Below, in pieces: positions 9,903 to 19,127 of a stretch of DNA of 64,000 bases. Position 1 is the first letter of the stretch. Each line of letters begins with the position of its first letter. Position numbers and translations under genes: made by a program. The notes beneath the pieces were generated by a model. That model saw only the letters and a list, made by a program, of their open reading frames with translations. It did not search any database and had not been told where the DNA came from. The DNA is taken from assembly GCA_029856155.1 (NCBI GenBank), contig JAHQWL010000055.1:32001-96000 (forward strand), written 5' to 3'. This stretch comes from Promethearchaeia archaeon (lineage in GTDB: Archaea > Asgardarchaeota > Lokiarchaeia > Sigyniarchaeales > SOKP01).

Positions 9903-11048
9903 TTAAACCTCCTTCATAAACTTCTCATAAATAAATTTAGGACTAAATGGTAAGGTGGTAGGAATTGTAATACCAGAAACTTTAAACAAATGTCGAAATC
10001 TCTGAACTTCTCTAATTATCATTCCGTTGTTCATTTCACAGACGATAACCTTTGAAACCCCCATTTGCCCTATTCTTTCCATTAATTCATCAGGAAAGGG
10101 CCATAGAGTTTTTAATCGTACAAGTCCCACCTTATACCCTTTTTGGCGTGCTTGCTCAACGACTTCTGGCACCCCTCTTGCATTAATTCCATAAGCTAAG
10201 ATAATGATATCAGCATCATCTAAATATTTTTCCTCCCAATCATTAATTTGAGGTCTTGCTTTCCTAATTTTATCACAAAGCCGTTTAATGAGAACTTCTG
10301 CCGCTTCTGGTGTCATTTCTGGATTTCCCTCTATATCATGAGTTAAACCTGTAACATAAAAAGAATAATCGGTTCCTGCTATTGCCATTCCAGGCACAAG
10401 ATCATCATCAAGAGCTTCAAAAGGTTTATATTTCTCAGGTGGAACTTGAGGTTTTTTGCGCTCTACTAATTCGATATTTGAATGGATATTAACAACTTCC
10501 ATCATCTGTCCTAAAATTCCGTCTGAAGCGACAATTACAGGTATACGGTATTTCTCAGATAAATTAAATGCACGTATGGTTAAATCGTACATTTCTTGAA
10601 CTGTAGAGGGGGCTAATACAATTATTTCATAATCCCCATGAGAAGCATATCTCGTTTGATATACATCAGATTGAGATGCATTTGTAGGTTGTCCTGTACT
10701 AGGACCTCCTCTCATTATGGTAACAATAACAGTTGGTGCTTCCAGCATCACACCTAAACCTATACTTTCAGCCATAAGTGAAAGACCTGGTCCTGATGTT
10801 GCAGTCATAGCTTTCATTCCAGCATAAGAAGCTCCAAAACAGCTGGTGATTGAAGCAAGCTCATCTTCCATTTGAATAAATGTTCCATTAATTTGAGGAA
10901 GACGCCTTGACATGTAAGCAGCAATTTCTGAGGAAGGTGTTATAGGATAACCTGCAAAATATAAACATCCTGCTGTAATCGCACCTTCTGCACAAGCATA
11001 ATTTCCAGTAGTTAGTATTCTTTTTTGTTGGAACTTTGCCTTACTCAA
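9903..11048 (-). CDS. korA: 2-oxoacid:ferredoxin oxidoreductase alpha subunit
   Basis: GYPITPS, QMEDE, TATSGPG, RGGPSTG. Start revised from 11192 to TTG at 11048, which follows AAGGAGGT and overlaps the korD end by 8 bp. Confidence 0.9.
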   Translation of the reverse strand: MSKAKFQQKRILTTGNYACAEGAITAGCLYFAGYPITPSSEIAAYMSRRLPQINGTFIQMEDELASITSCFGASYAGMKAMTATSGPGLSLMAESIGLGVMLEAPTVIVTIMRGGPSTGQPTNASQSDVYQTRYASHGDYEIIVLAPSTVQEMYDLTIRAFNLSEKYRIPVIVASDGILGQMMEVVNIHSNIELVERKKPQVPPEKYKPFEALDDDLVPGMAIAGTDYSFYVTGLTHDIEGNPEMTPEAAEVLIKRLCDKIRKARPQINDWEEKYLDDADIIILAYGINARGVPEVVEQARQKGYKVGLVRLKTLWPFPDELMERIGQMGVSKVIVCEMNNGMIIREVQRFRHLFKVSGITIPTTLPFSPKFIYEKFMKEV

Positions 11049-11328
11049 TATTATTAACCTCCTTAATATCTGTTTCCAAAATATATAATGAAACGGTAGG
11101 ACATAACCGTTCACATTGTCTACACCCTGCACACTCTTCAGGTTTAACCACGATCGCATAGTGAAGCATACGACTATTGAACTTATCTTCACTTATTTCT
11201 ATTATATCTTTTGGACAGAATGACAAACATAATTCACAACCATCACATTGTTCAGAATCTATAAAGATTTCATATTTTTTATCGGGTGTAGGAGGAGGTA
11301 AAATGGGTGTTCGTTTAGACTTTAACAT
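11041..11328 (-). CDS. korD: 2x[4Fe-4S] ferredoxin, 2-oxoacid oxidoreductase delta subunit
   Basis: CDGCELC..CP and CAGCRQC...CP; adjacent to the alpha subunit. Confidence 0.88.
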   Translation of the reverse strand: MLKSKRTPILPPPTPDKKYEIFIDSEQCDGCELCLSFCPKDIIEISEDKFNSRMLHYAIVVKPEECAGCRQCERLCPTVSLYILETDIKEVNNIE

Positions 11329-11397
11329 TTTTTAATCATCTTTTAATATATATACACTGACTATTTTTTTTCTCTTATGCTTTAAAATAATAGAGTC

Positions 11398-11417
11398 TCT
11401 TTTAAATTTGCTTTTTC
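11398..11417 (-). promoter_or_regulatory. Putative BRE-TATA promoter for korDAB-hdrA
   Basis: Minus strand reads gaaaaagcaaatttaaaaa about 70 nt upstream of korD. Confidence 0.35.
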
Positions 11418-11518
11418 ACGGGATAACAAACTCATTAAATAACGATTTCTTCATATGAAACCACATTGGTAAGAATTTAAAAGGCAAATCTTACAAGGCA
11501 CTATTAAACAAATACAAT

Positions 11519-12091
11519 TTATTGGTCTTTATTTATAAATTCCCGATAGAGCGCTTGACCAAGCTGATAACTCTGAATATTAATGGCTCTAAACTGTTTT
11601 GGCATATTGTTTAAAACTTGGTCATAATATTCTTTTTTTAAATCAAATTTTCCACTCTCTTTAAGATATTCAGAAAGAAATCCTAAGCAAAGAATATTAG
11701 CGCTTTTGGGCATTTTTTTTTCATCCGCACGCCTTGTAATTGGGATACGATGGATTATACCTTTTTTAATTACTTCTTCGGCGTTACCAATTGTGTGTTC
11801 ATCGATAAAGGAGTGAGTATTTTCATATATACATTCAGAAGCGCGCTCAAATCCATTTTGATCTATGGCCATAAAAATATCAGCATCTTTATCGCAGAAT
11901 GGATATGAAATAGGAGCAGTGTTTAGAATCACATCACAAAAAATAGGGCCCCCTCTAACGGAAGGTGTATAGTCTACTGTTAGAGTTGCATAAAAATTAG
12001 CAGCCATAGCAACTCGAACTAATACACTTCCTAAAAATTTGATACCTTGACCTCCTCTACCAGAAAATCTTATTTTTAATTTTTCATTCAT
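11519..12091 (-). CDS. korC: 2-oxoacid:ferredoxin oxidoreductase gamma subunit
   Basis: GRGGQG, YTPSVRGG, ANILCLG. Confidence 0.85.
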   Translation of the reverse strand: MNEKLKIRFSGRGGQGIKFLGSVLVRVAMAANFYATLTVDYTPSVRGGPIFCDVILNTAPISYPFCDKDADIFMAIDQNGFERASECIYENTHSFIDEHTIGNAEEVIKKGIIHRIPITRRADEKKMPKSANILCLGFLSEYLKESGKFDLKKEYYDQVLNNMPKQFRAINIQSYQLGQALYREFINKDQ

Positions 12092-12186
12092 CGAAAATAT
12101 AAAAATATTTGATACCTATTATTTTAATTTAGTCTATGATATTTTTAAAATATTATAATAAAGAGAAGATTTCTATATTTTATAAG

Positions 12187-12552
12187 TTATTCTAATGGTT
12201 TAAATATATAAGAATATACTTCAGTTCCATTTAGATCGTTACATATTTTTTTATATATTGGTTGGAGTATCATACCAGTTTTTAAATTGTCTTTATTTGA
12301 GAGCTGTCCTAAAACTTTTACTCCGTTTTCAAATTCCACAACTCCCAGAGCATAAGATTCCTGATCTCTAAATTCCATTGGTGGTGCTTTTAATATTGTA
12401 TAAGTCAATAATTTACATGTTCCCGAAGCTAAAATGGATTCAAATTTATCAGCTTTACATATTAAACATCTTAAATGAGTTGTATGTTGTAAGAATCCAC
12501 AATTTTTACATTTATTCCAAATAATTTTCTCCTCAACATTCACAATAATCAC
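12187..12552 (-). CDS. DUF35-type Zn-ribbon/OB-fold acyl-CoA-binding protein
   Basis: CKNC...CLIC, then GTCKLLTYT...YALGVVEFENG. Confidence 0.85.
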   Translation of the reverse strand: MIIVNVEEKIIWNKCKNCGFLQHTTHLRCLICKADKFESILASGTCKLLTYTILKAPPMEFRDQESYALGVVEFENGVKVLGQLSNKDNLKTGMILQPIYKKICNDLNGTEVYSYIFKPLE

Positions 12553-12602
12553 TTCTACAAATCTTAATATTTAGAAATCATTTTCAAAATATTAGTTGAT
12601 TG

Positions 12603-12682
12603 TTGATAAATATTCAGCTTTTAAGAAATATTAATCTTAATAAGATTTGATAAATATTCAGTTTCTAGGACTATTAATCTTA
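12603..12682. repeat. Imperfect tandem direct repeat (about 37 bp, 44-bp period) in a divergent promoter region
   Basis: ttgataaatattcag...tattaatctta at 12603 and 12647. Confidence 0.7.
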
Positions 12683-12691
12683 CTTAAATAA

Positions 12692-13666
12692 ATGAAAGAA
12701 TCTTTAATACCAGAAAAAATTCAAAAAGAATATTTGATTGGAAATTTAGGAAAGGAAAATGCTGCTGAACTGTTAATTTCATTAATAGAAAGTAGTGAAA
12801 ATACAGAAATTAGGATAAAGAGTATTGAAGCATTGGAAAAAATAAATTTTCATAGCGAAAACATCTTTAAAACTTTGGAAAATCACCTAATATCAGATGA
12901 TAGCGCTAATGTGAGAGCTTCAGCTGCAAATTATTTAATTTATAATTTTCTAGACGATAGTCTACCCGCATTAAGATGGGTAATTCAACATGAAAAATCT
13001 CCTTTAGTTATTAAATTATTGTATAATTTCCTAGAGAAATCTGATTCTCCTCAATTGAAGATAATAGAGAAGGATCTGACTTATTGGAGGGAAGAATTTT
13101 CTTCAAAACTTGGAATAGTCCCTCAAGAATCAATTTTTTTTTTAGATTTGGAAGTGATATTTGCCAAAGGTAAAAGAAATTATGAGATTGATCCTTTTAA
13201 CTATAAATATTTTGAAGAGTTAAGTGATATCAAAAATGGTGAACCTTGGTTAGTAATTAAAAATAAACATGTAGAAATTTTAAATTTTAATTATTTTAAT
13301 TGGAGCTTTATTAAGGATAACACGGATATTGTTAAATCTCTTTCTAAACTACAAGATCTTGACGTGTATCTATGTTCATTAAGAAAATATAGTATTAATC
13401 AAATTATAATATCTGCAATTCCAGAATCTATAGGATCTCTAATTTATTTAAAAAGGTTAATTTTAAGGAGAAATAGCTTAATGAAATTACCGAATTCCAT
13501 GAAAAAACTTACATTGCTTAAAGAATTAGATATTAGCTACAACAAATTTGAGAAAATTCCTGAAGTAATTAATTCATTTAACAAACTTGAAATGCTTAAT
13601 ATTAAGCGTAATATCATCCAAAACATTCCTGAATCTTTATCTCAAAATGTAAAAGTAATTAGATAA
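12692..13666 (+). CDS. HEAT-repeat plus leucine-rich-repeat protein
   Basis: N-terminal IRIKSIEALEK / DDSANVRASAANYL HEAT-like repeats; C-terminal LxxLxLxxN LRRs (IPESIGSLIYLKRLILRRNSL...). Confidence 0.8.
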   Translation: MKESLIPEKIQKEYLIGNLGKENAAELLISLIESSENTEIRIKSIEALEKINFHSENIFKTLENHLISDDSANVRASAANYLIYNFLDDSLPALRWVIQHEKSPLVIKLLYNFLEKSDSPQLKIIEKDLTYWREEFSSKLGIVPQESIFFLDLEVIFAKGKRNYEIDPFNYKYFEELSDIKNGEPWLVIKNKHVEILNFNYFNWSFIKDNTDIVKSLSKLQDLDVYLCSLRKYSINQIIISAIPESIGSLIYLKRLILRRNSLMKLPNSMKKLTLLKELDISYNKFEKIPEVINSFNKLEMLNIKRNIIQNIPESLSQNVKVIR

Positions 13667-13724
13667 TTATTTAAACTTAAAAGTATAAATTTTAAATCAA
13701 ACTTAATGGAATAATTTAAATTAC

Positions 13725-15446
13725 GTGAATATTATGGCAGAAGAAAAGAAAATGATAAATGGTGGGGATGTTTTAATAAAATGCCTTCTAAAAGAAAATG
13801 TTAAATATTTATTTGGAATTCCTGGTGGACAATTTTTAAACATGTATGATGCAATATACCAATGGGGTAGGGAGCAAGGTATAGACACTGTTTTATTTAG
13901 ACATGAAGCAGCCGCCGCTCATGCAGCTGATGCTTGGGCAAGAGTAACAAACACTCCAGGTATCTGTTTTGGAACTGTCGGTCCTGGAGCAACAAATCTA
14001 ATATCAGGTGTTGGCGCTGCTTGGGCTGATAATATACCGGTTATTACAATTGTACCTCAAGTGAATTCAGAGTTTCAGGACTCGTTTACTTTGCAAGGCA
14101 GTCTTGATCAAATTACCATGTATAAACCAATTACAAAATATCAAAAAAGCATTCGAAAAATTAAAGAGATTCCAGATGCGGTTCATAAGGCATTTAGAGA
14201 AGCTCTAGGAGGTCGTCCTCAACCTGTTTTATTGGAGATCTTTGAAGATGCTTTTCTCGAAGAAATCGAAGAGGATGCATTACCTATTTTAAATACTGAA
14301 AATTACCGTTCAATTGAAAAACCCGCTATCAAAGATGAATTAATAGAAAAAGCACTTGATCTTTTATTAAAAGCAAAAAAGCCTATAATAGTATCAGGGG
14401 GTGGAGTCTCACGAACAGAAGGCTGGAATGAATTAGAAGAATTTGTTGACTATTTACAGTTACCTGTAATAACAACTGGTAGTGGAATGGGAACTATACC
14501 TGAAAAATCAAAATACCTATTGGGAGCTGGGGTTGCGGGTATGGGATTAAAAGTGATCCCAGAAGCAGACGTAATTGTCGCTTTAGGATGTAAATTTTCT
14601 TGGACAATGGCGCATGGTAAAGAACCCTTTTGGAAAGATTCTCAAACATTAATTCAAGTAGATATTGATCCTTCAATAATTGGACGTGCTAAACCAATAA
14701 CATTAGGTATTCAGGGTGATTGTAAACAATTTTTAAGGCAAATCCTTGAAAAAGCAAAAAAAAGAGAAAAAATAGAAAAAAGAGAATGGTTAGAACAACT
14801 CGTTCAGACTCGACAGAATAATATCGAAAAATTAAATAAAAAATTGTCTAAAGATAAAATACCTATTATGCCAAAAAGACTAATCAAAGATATTTTTGAA
14901 TCAATGGATAAAGACGCAATTTTGATACTTGATGGTGGAGATATTTCTGTTTCCGCAGCAGAACAAATATATGACTATAATACACGAAAACCACTCTCAA
15001 CTTTAGCGGCTACAGGTATGGGTCAATTGGGTACTGCTGTACCTTATGGAATTGGCGCAAAATTAGCAAAGCCAGATAAACAGGTAGTAGCAATAGCAGG
15101 TGATGGTGCATTTATGATTAATGTGCAAGATTTAGAAACCGCTGTAAGATTAAAGTTAAAAAATCTAGTATACGTAGTAGCAAATAATAGCTCTTGGGGT
15201 ATGATTAAATCTGGACAGAAACTTTTTAAAGGAAAACGTTATATTGACGTAGACCTTCCAGAATTTGACTATGCTAAATGCGCTGAAGGTTTTGGCTGTT
15301 ATGGGGAAGTTGTAACTGATCCTAATGAGATAAAACCAGCATTCGAAAGAGCAAAAAATTCTGGAAAACCCGCAGTTTTAGATGTAAAAATTGATTTCGA
15401 AACGCCTGACACAACAAAAATCATGGGTAGTATGGGAATTTTATAG
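13725..15446 (+). CDS. Thiamine-pyrophosphate-dependent enzyme, acetolactate synthase / 2-hydroxyacyl-CoA lyase superfamily
   Basis: FGIPGG, RHE, GPGATN, GDG...NN TPP motif. Confidence 0.88.
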   Translation: MNIMAEEKKMINGGDVLIKCLLKENVKYLFGIPGGQFLNMYDAIYQWGREQGIDTVLFRHEAAAAHAADAWARVTNTPGICFGTVGPGATNLISGVGAAWADNIPVITIVPQVNSEFQDSFTLQGSLDQITMYKPITKYQKSIRKIKEIPDAVHKAFREALGGRPQPVLLEIFEDAFLEEIEEDALPILNTENYRSIEKPAIKDELIEKALDLLLKAKKPIIVSGGGVSRTEGWNELEEFVDYLQLPVITTGSGMGTIPEKSKYLLGAGVAGMGLKVIPEADVIVALGCKFSWTMAHGKEPFWKDSQTLIQVDIDPSIIGRAKPITLGIQGDCKQFLRQILEKAKKREKIEKREWLEQLVQTRQNNIEKLNKKLSKDKIPIMPKRLIKDIFESMDKDAILILDGGDISVSAAEQIYDYNTRKPLSTLAATGMGQLGTAVPYGIGAKLAKPDKQVVAIAGDGAFMINVQDLETAVRLKLKNLVYVVANNSSWGMIKSGQKLFKGKRYIDVDLPEFDYAKCAEGFGCYGEVVTDPNEIKPAFERAKNSGKPAVLDVKIDFETPDTTKIMGSMGIL

Positions 15447-15535
15447 TAGTCGGTATCCATTGAAATATTAATTTTTTTTCCTTTGTTTATTCAAAATTAA
15501 AAAAACTTAAGTGAAATAAGTTCGAAGTTCCTATC

Positions 15536-16744
15536 ATGAAAGCTATAACAATACAAATTGAAAAATTTCTTGAACTATTAAATAAAAAATTATCAGATCC
15601 TAATTTTAAACCTAAAATTTATGAATTGGTGGAATTAGAGGAAATTCCTGAACCAGAATTAATAAATGAAAATTGGGTAAAAATTAAGGTAAAATTGGGT
15701 GGTATATGTGGCACTGATATCCATATCTTAGAAGTTGATCAATCTACTTACCAACTTAATTTTGTTTCAGGTCCTACAGTTCCTGGCCATGAAATTGTGG
15801 GTACAATTACAGAAGTAGGTGCGAATGTAAAAAGGCTTTCTATTGGAGATCGAGTATTAATTGACGAGGTTCTTAGTTGTGAAACGAGGAGTCTTGAATT
15901 ATGTGATGCTTGTAAAGATGGAAACTTTAACTTATGTTATAATTTCGATAAAGGTGATATTGCTCCTGGATTTATGATCGGTTTATGCAAAGATACTGGT
16001 GGAGGATGGGGAGAATACCTAGTCACCCATCAAAGTCAAATTATAAAAGTTCCAGATTCGGTTTCTTTTGAAGATGCATTAATTGCTGAGCCTTTAGCTG
16101 GTTCAATCCATGGCGTTCTAAAAAATATACCTAAAAATGATGAGAATGTTGTTGTAGTAGGTTGTGGAGTTATGGGATTGTCCACTATTTTAGCACTGAA
16201 AGTATTCTCTAAGTGTAAAATTATTGCTCTAGATACAAGGCAATCCCAACTTGATATTGCAACAAAATTGGGTGTTGATGAAGTTTTTTTAGCAAGTAAA
16301 AGCACATTTATAAGAAAAATTGCCAGGAAATTGGGAGCAAGGACAGTATCACCGCCATTACAAGATCCTCTACTTGTTGGAGGTGGAGCTGATATTGTTT
16401 TTGATTGTGTAGGTAATAGATCATCATTAACAACTAGTCTCAGATTATTAAAACCAAAAGGAACTCTTATGTTAATAGGACAACCGGCAAATCTAGAATT
16501 AGATTGGACACCCTTATTTGTCAAAGAAATAACTCTCATTGCATCAAATACTTTTGGTTCCGAAATTGTTGATGGTAATAAAAAGCGAACTTTGCAAATT
16601 GCTTTAGATTTAATATCATCTGGTCAAGTCGATGTGAGCGATTTCATTACTCATAGATTTTCCTTGGAAAAATATAAAGACGCATTAGAAGTAGCCTCTA
16701 ATAAAAGTGAACATGGCTCACTTAAAGTAGTTTTTGAATTCTAA
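15536..16744 (+). CDS. Zn-dependent (MDR) alcohol dehydrogenase
   Basis: GICGTD, GHE, structural Cys cluster, GCGVMG. Confidence 0.88.
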   Translation: MKAITIQIEKFLELLNKKLSDPNFKPKIYELVELEEIPEPELINENWVKIKVKLGGICGTDIHILEVDQSTYQLNFVSGPTVPGHEIVGTITEVGANVKRLSIGDRVLIDEVLSCETRSLELCDACKDGNFNLCYNFDKGDIAPGFMIGLCKDTGGGWGEYLVTHQSQIIKVPDSVSFEDALIAEPLAGSIHGVLKNIPKNDENVVVVGCGVMGLSTILALKVFSKCKIIALDTRQSQLDIATKLGVDEVFLASKSTFIRKIARKLGARTVSPPLQDPLLVGGGADIVFDCVGNRSSLTTSLRLLKPKGTLMLIGQPANLELDWTPLFVKEITLIASNTFGSEIVDGNKKRTLQIALDLISSGQVDVSDFITHRFSLEKYKDALEVASNKSEHGSLKVVFEF

Positions 16745-16860
16745 TAATTTTTTAAATTCACTTTTAATATTTTATTTTTTTGAATAAAACTATATTAAGA
16801 ATTTGGATTATTACTAATTATAGTTAAAATTTCTTAACTAAAGAAGGGAGTGGTCTTAAT

Positions 16861-18141
16861 ATGGAAAATAAAAAAGGAGAAGTTCAATGTATTAATGATG
16901 ATATTTTAGAGAAAATGAGTCTACAAAATCGCTACAATTTTCTGAATAATAATTTGATGAGCATTCTAAAACCCAAGCACTTTAACTTTCTCAGGAAAGC
17001 GCAAAAATTCTTCGTTAGATTTGAAAAAAAACATAATATTACCCATAATGAAGATTTATATGAGTGGATTCCTGAGATTGGTGAAGCAGGCTTAGTAACA
17101 AGAATTAATAAGTTTGATGAGTTGGATTTAAATTATGACCCATATGGTATGACTGCTGAATTTATGCGTTGCCTAGCAGTTGATTTTTTTGATCCACAAT
17201 TAATTATGGGGATGGGTGCAAGTGTATTAACTGTGAATCCTCTAATGCTTCATCATGAAGATGTTGATGTTCGGTTGAAAGCTCTAAAAGAATTAGTACT
17301 TGGAGAAAAAATAGGATGTATATGTATAACTGAACCAGAACGTGGATCTGATGCGGTTCATATGCTTACAACTTGCGCTGAAAACGAGGATGGTAGTTTC
17401 ACTTTAAATGGTGAAAAAATATATCAAACTAATGGTGCTAGAGCAGATTGGGCGATAGTTTATGCTGTTTCAGAAAAGAACAATGGGAATACAATGGCTC
17501 AATTTTTAGTGGATACATCATGGGAGGGGTGGAATGTAGAAAGAATTAACATCCCTTGGACACCACGAGTGTATATAGGCAAAGAAACTTTCACTAATTT
17601 AAGAGTTCCCCCAGAGTATGTTTTAGCAAAACCGGGTTTAGGGAGGGAGTATCTTTTTGAAGGATTAAATATTGAAAGATTAGGAATAGTACTTGCAAAT
17701 GTAGCAGAATGTTGGAATGCGATCTCCCATGCCACTATTTATGCAAACATGAGAAAACAGTTTGATCAGGAAATTTTGAAATATCAAGGAGTTGGCTTTC
17801 CTTTAGGAGAAATGTGGGCAAAAACAATGAGTTTAACATTAGCGACTTTGCATATTTGTCAGATTCTTGATGAAAAAATTGAGCAATTTGGTACTCTTCC
17901 AAAAAACTTTAATTTAGCCCTTGTTGCTACTGCTTCACAGTTGAAATTACAAAGTGCAAAACTGTCAGAACAAATATGTTTCGGATGTGCAGACTTAATG
18001 GGTGGAGCTGGCTTATGTGACAATACTTTAATGAGTGATTTAATCGGGATTTCAAGAATAGCTCAAGTTGGGGGAGGAACATCGCAAATTCAAAAATATA
18101 TAATGAGTTACGCCTTAAGGCAGCTATTTAAAATGTTATAA
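16861..18141 (+). CDS. Acyl-CoA dehydrogenase
   Basis: CITEPERGSD, LNGEK, ER in helix G, RKQF, GGAG, GGGT. Confidence 0.9.
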   Translation: MENKKGEVQCINDDILEKMSLQNRYNFLNNNLMSILKPKHFNFLRKAQKFFVRFEKKHNITHNEDLYEWIPEIGEAGLVTRINKFDELDLNYDPYGMTAEFMRCLAVDFFDPQLIMGMGASVLTVNPLMLHHEDVDVRLKALKELVLGEKIGCICITEPERGSDAVHMLTTCAENEDGSFTLNGEKIYQTNGARADWAIVYAVSEKNNGNTMAQFLVDTSWEGWNVERINIPWTPRVYIGKETFTNLRVPPEYVLAKPGLGREYLFEGLNIERLGIVLANVAECWNAISHATIYANMRKQFDQEILKYQGVGFPLGEMWAKTMSLTLATLHICQILDEKIEQFGTLPKNFNLALVATASQLKLQSAKLSEQICFGCADLMGGAGLCDNTLMSDLIGISRIAQVGGGTSQIQKYIMSYALRQLFKML

Positions 18142-18152
18142 TATATACAGAA

Positions 18153-18174
18153 TTTTTTTTTTTAATTTTTTTTA
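18153..18174 (+). terminator. Oligo-T tract, archaeal intrinsic terminator-like
   Basis: Two long T runs directly after the ACAD stop codon. Confidence 0.4.
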
Positions 18175-18190
18175 TAAATTTATAGAATAG

Positions 18191-19024
18191 ATGGATTTCA
18201 AAATGAAAATTGAAGATTTGACTGAAGTTATTTACGAAAAAGAAGAAAATGGGATCTGTACTCTAACTTTTCATACTCCTGAAAGAAGAAATGCTCTATC
18301 TTATATCACCTCCTTAGAAATTTGGACTGTTCTTGATGATATGGAAAAAGATGAGAATGCTAAAGTGCTAATAATGACTGGTTGTGAAGAAGCTAATGCT
18401 TTTTCCTCAGGAGGATATTTCAATATGAAATATGTAACATCTATTCCTCCAGAAATAATGAAAGAAATCGATCTAATGGATATTGCCCAAAAAAGGTTAT
18501 GTATGAAATTTTGGAATTTTAATAAACCAATTATTGCTGCTATTAATGGGTTAGCTGTAGGTATTGGAATTACATTGCCTTTAGTTGGTGCTGATTTAAT
18601 TTATATTTCAGAAGATGCTTGGTTAGGATTTTATTTTGTAAAACGAGCAATAATTCCAGAATTTAGCTCAACTTTTATTCTTCCATTTTTAATTGGTTTC
18701 CAAAAAGCAAAAGAAATTATATATTTTGGTGATAAAATAACTGCTCGTGAAGCAGAAAAACTTGGATTAGTTAATAAAGTATTAGCTCATGAAGATCTGA
18801 TGCCTTATGTAAGAAAACAAGCCTTTTGCTTAGTTCCCCCTCAAGCCCCTTCAATGGCTCTCAATCGAATGAAAAAAGTAATGCATGATTATTTTAAGGA
18901 TATTTTATCAAGAACATTGGATTTAGAAAATGAAGCTCTTAGAGAGTCTATGAAAACTAGCGATTTTAGAGCAGCAACAAAATCATTAATAACTAAAAAA
19001 GACCCAGTTTTTAAAGGAAAGTAA
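18191..19024 (+). CDS. Crotonase-family protein, enoyl-CoA isomerase-like
   Basis: RRNAL, FSSGG, AINGLAVGIG (first Glu absent), IPEFSS. Confidence 0.85.
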   Translation: MDFKMKIEDLTEVIYEKEENGICTLTFHTPERRNALSYITSLEIWTVLDDMEKDENAKVLIMTGCEEANAFSSGGYFNMKYVTSIPPEIMKEIDLMDIAQKRLCMKFWNFNKPIIAAINGLAVGIGITLPLVGADLIYISEDAWLGFYFVKRAIIPEFSSTFILPFLIGFQKAKEIIYFGDKITAREAEKLGLVNKVLAHEDLMPYVRKQAFCLVPPQAPSMALNRMKKVMHDYFKDILSRTLDLENEALRESMKTSDFRAATKSLITKKDPVFKGK

Positions 19025-19127
19025 AAGATCTCAAATTTGAAAATCATCGAAATTCTTATTAAAAGTGTTTTATATTAATAATTTTATTTTAAAAATATTA
19101 TAATTACTGTTAAAAAAAGTTGATATT

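Noticed and set aside
11049-11192. N-terminal 48 aa of the 429-aa korA ORF in the track
   Set aside because: It overlaps korD in another frame; a TTG at 11048 with a strong SD gives a normal-length alpha subunit.
12603-12682. Possible mini-CRISPR
   Set aside because: Only two imperfect copies with a 7-nt gap, no spacer-length unique sequence and no cas genes.
16036-16539. 167-aa antisense ORF, and similar ones such as 37067-37546, 49905-50234 and 58352-58714
   Set aside because: They lie fully opposite well-supported genes and have no motifs; typical shadow ORFs.
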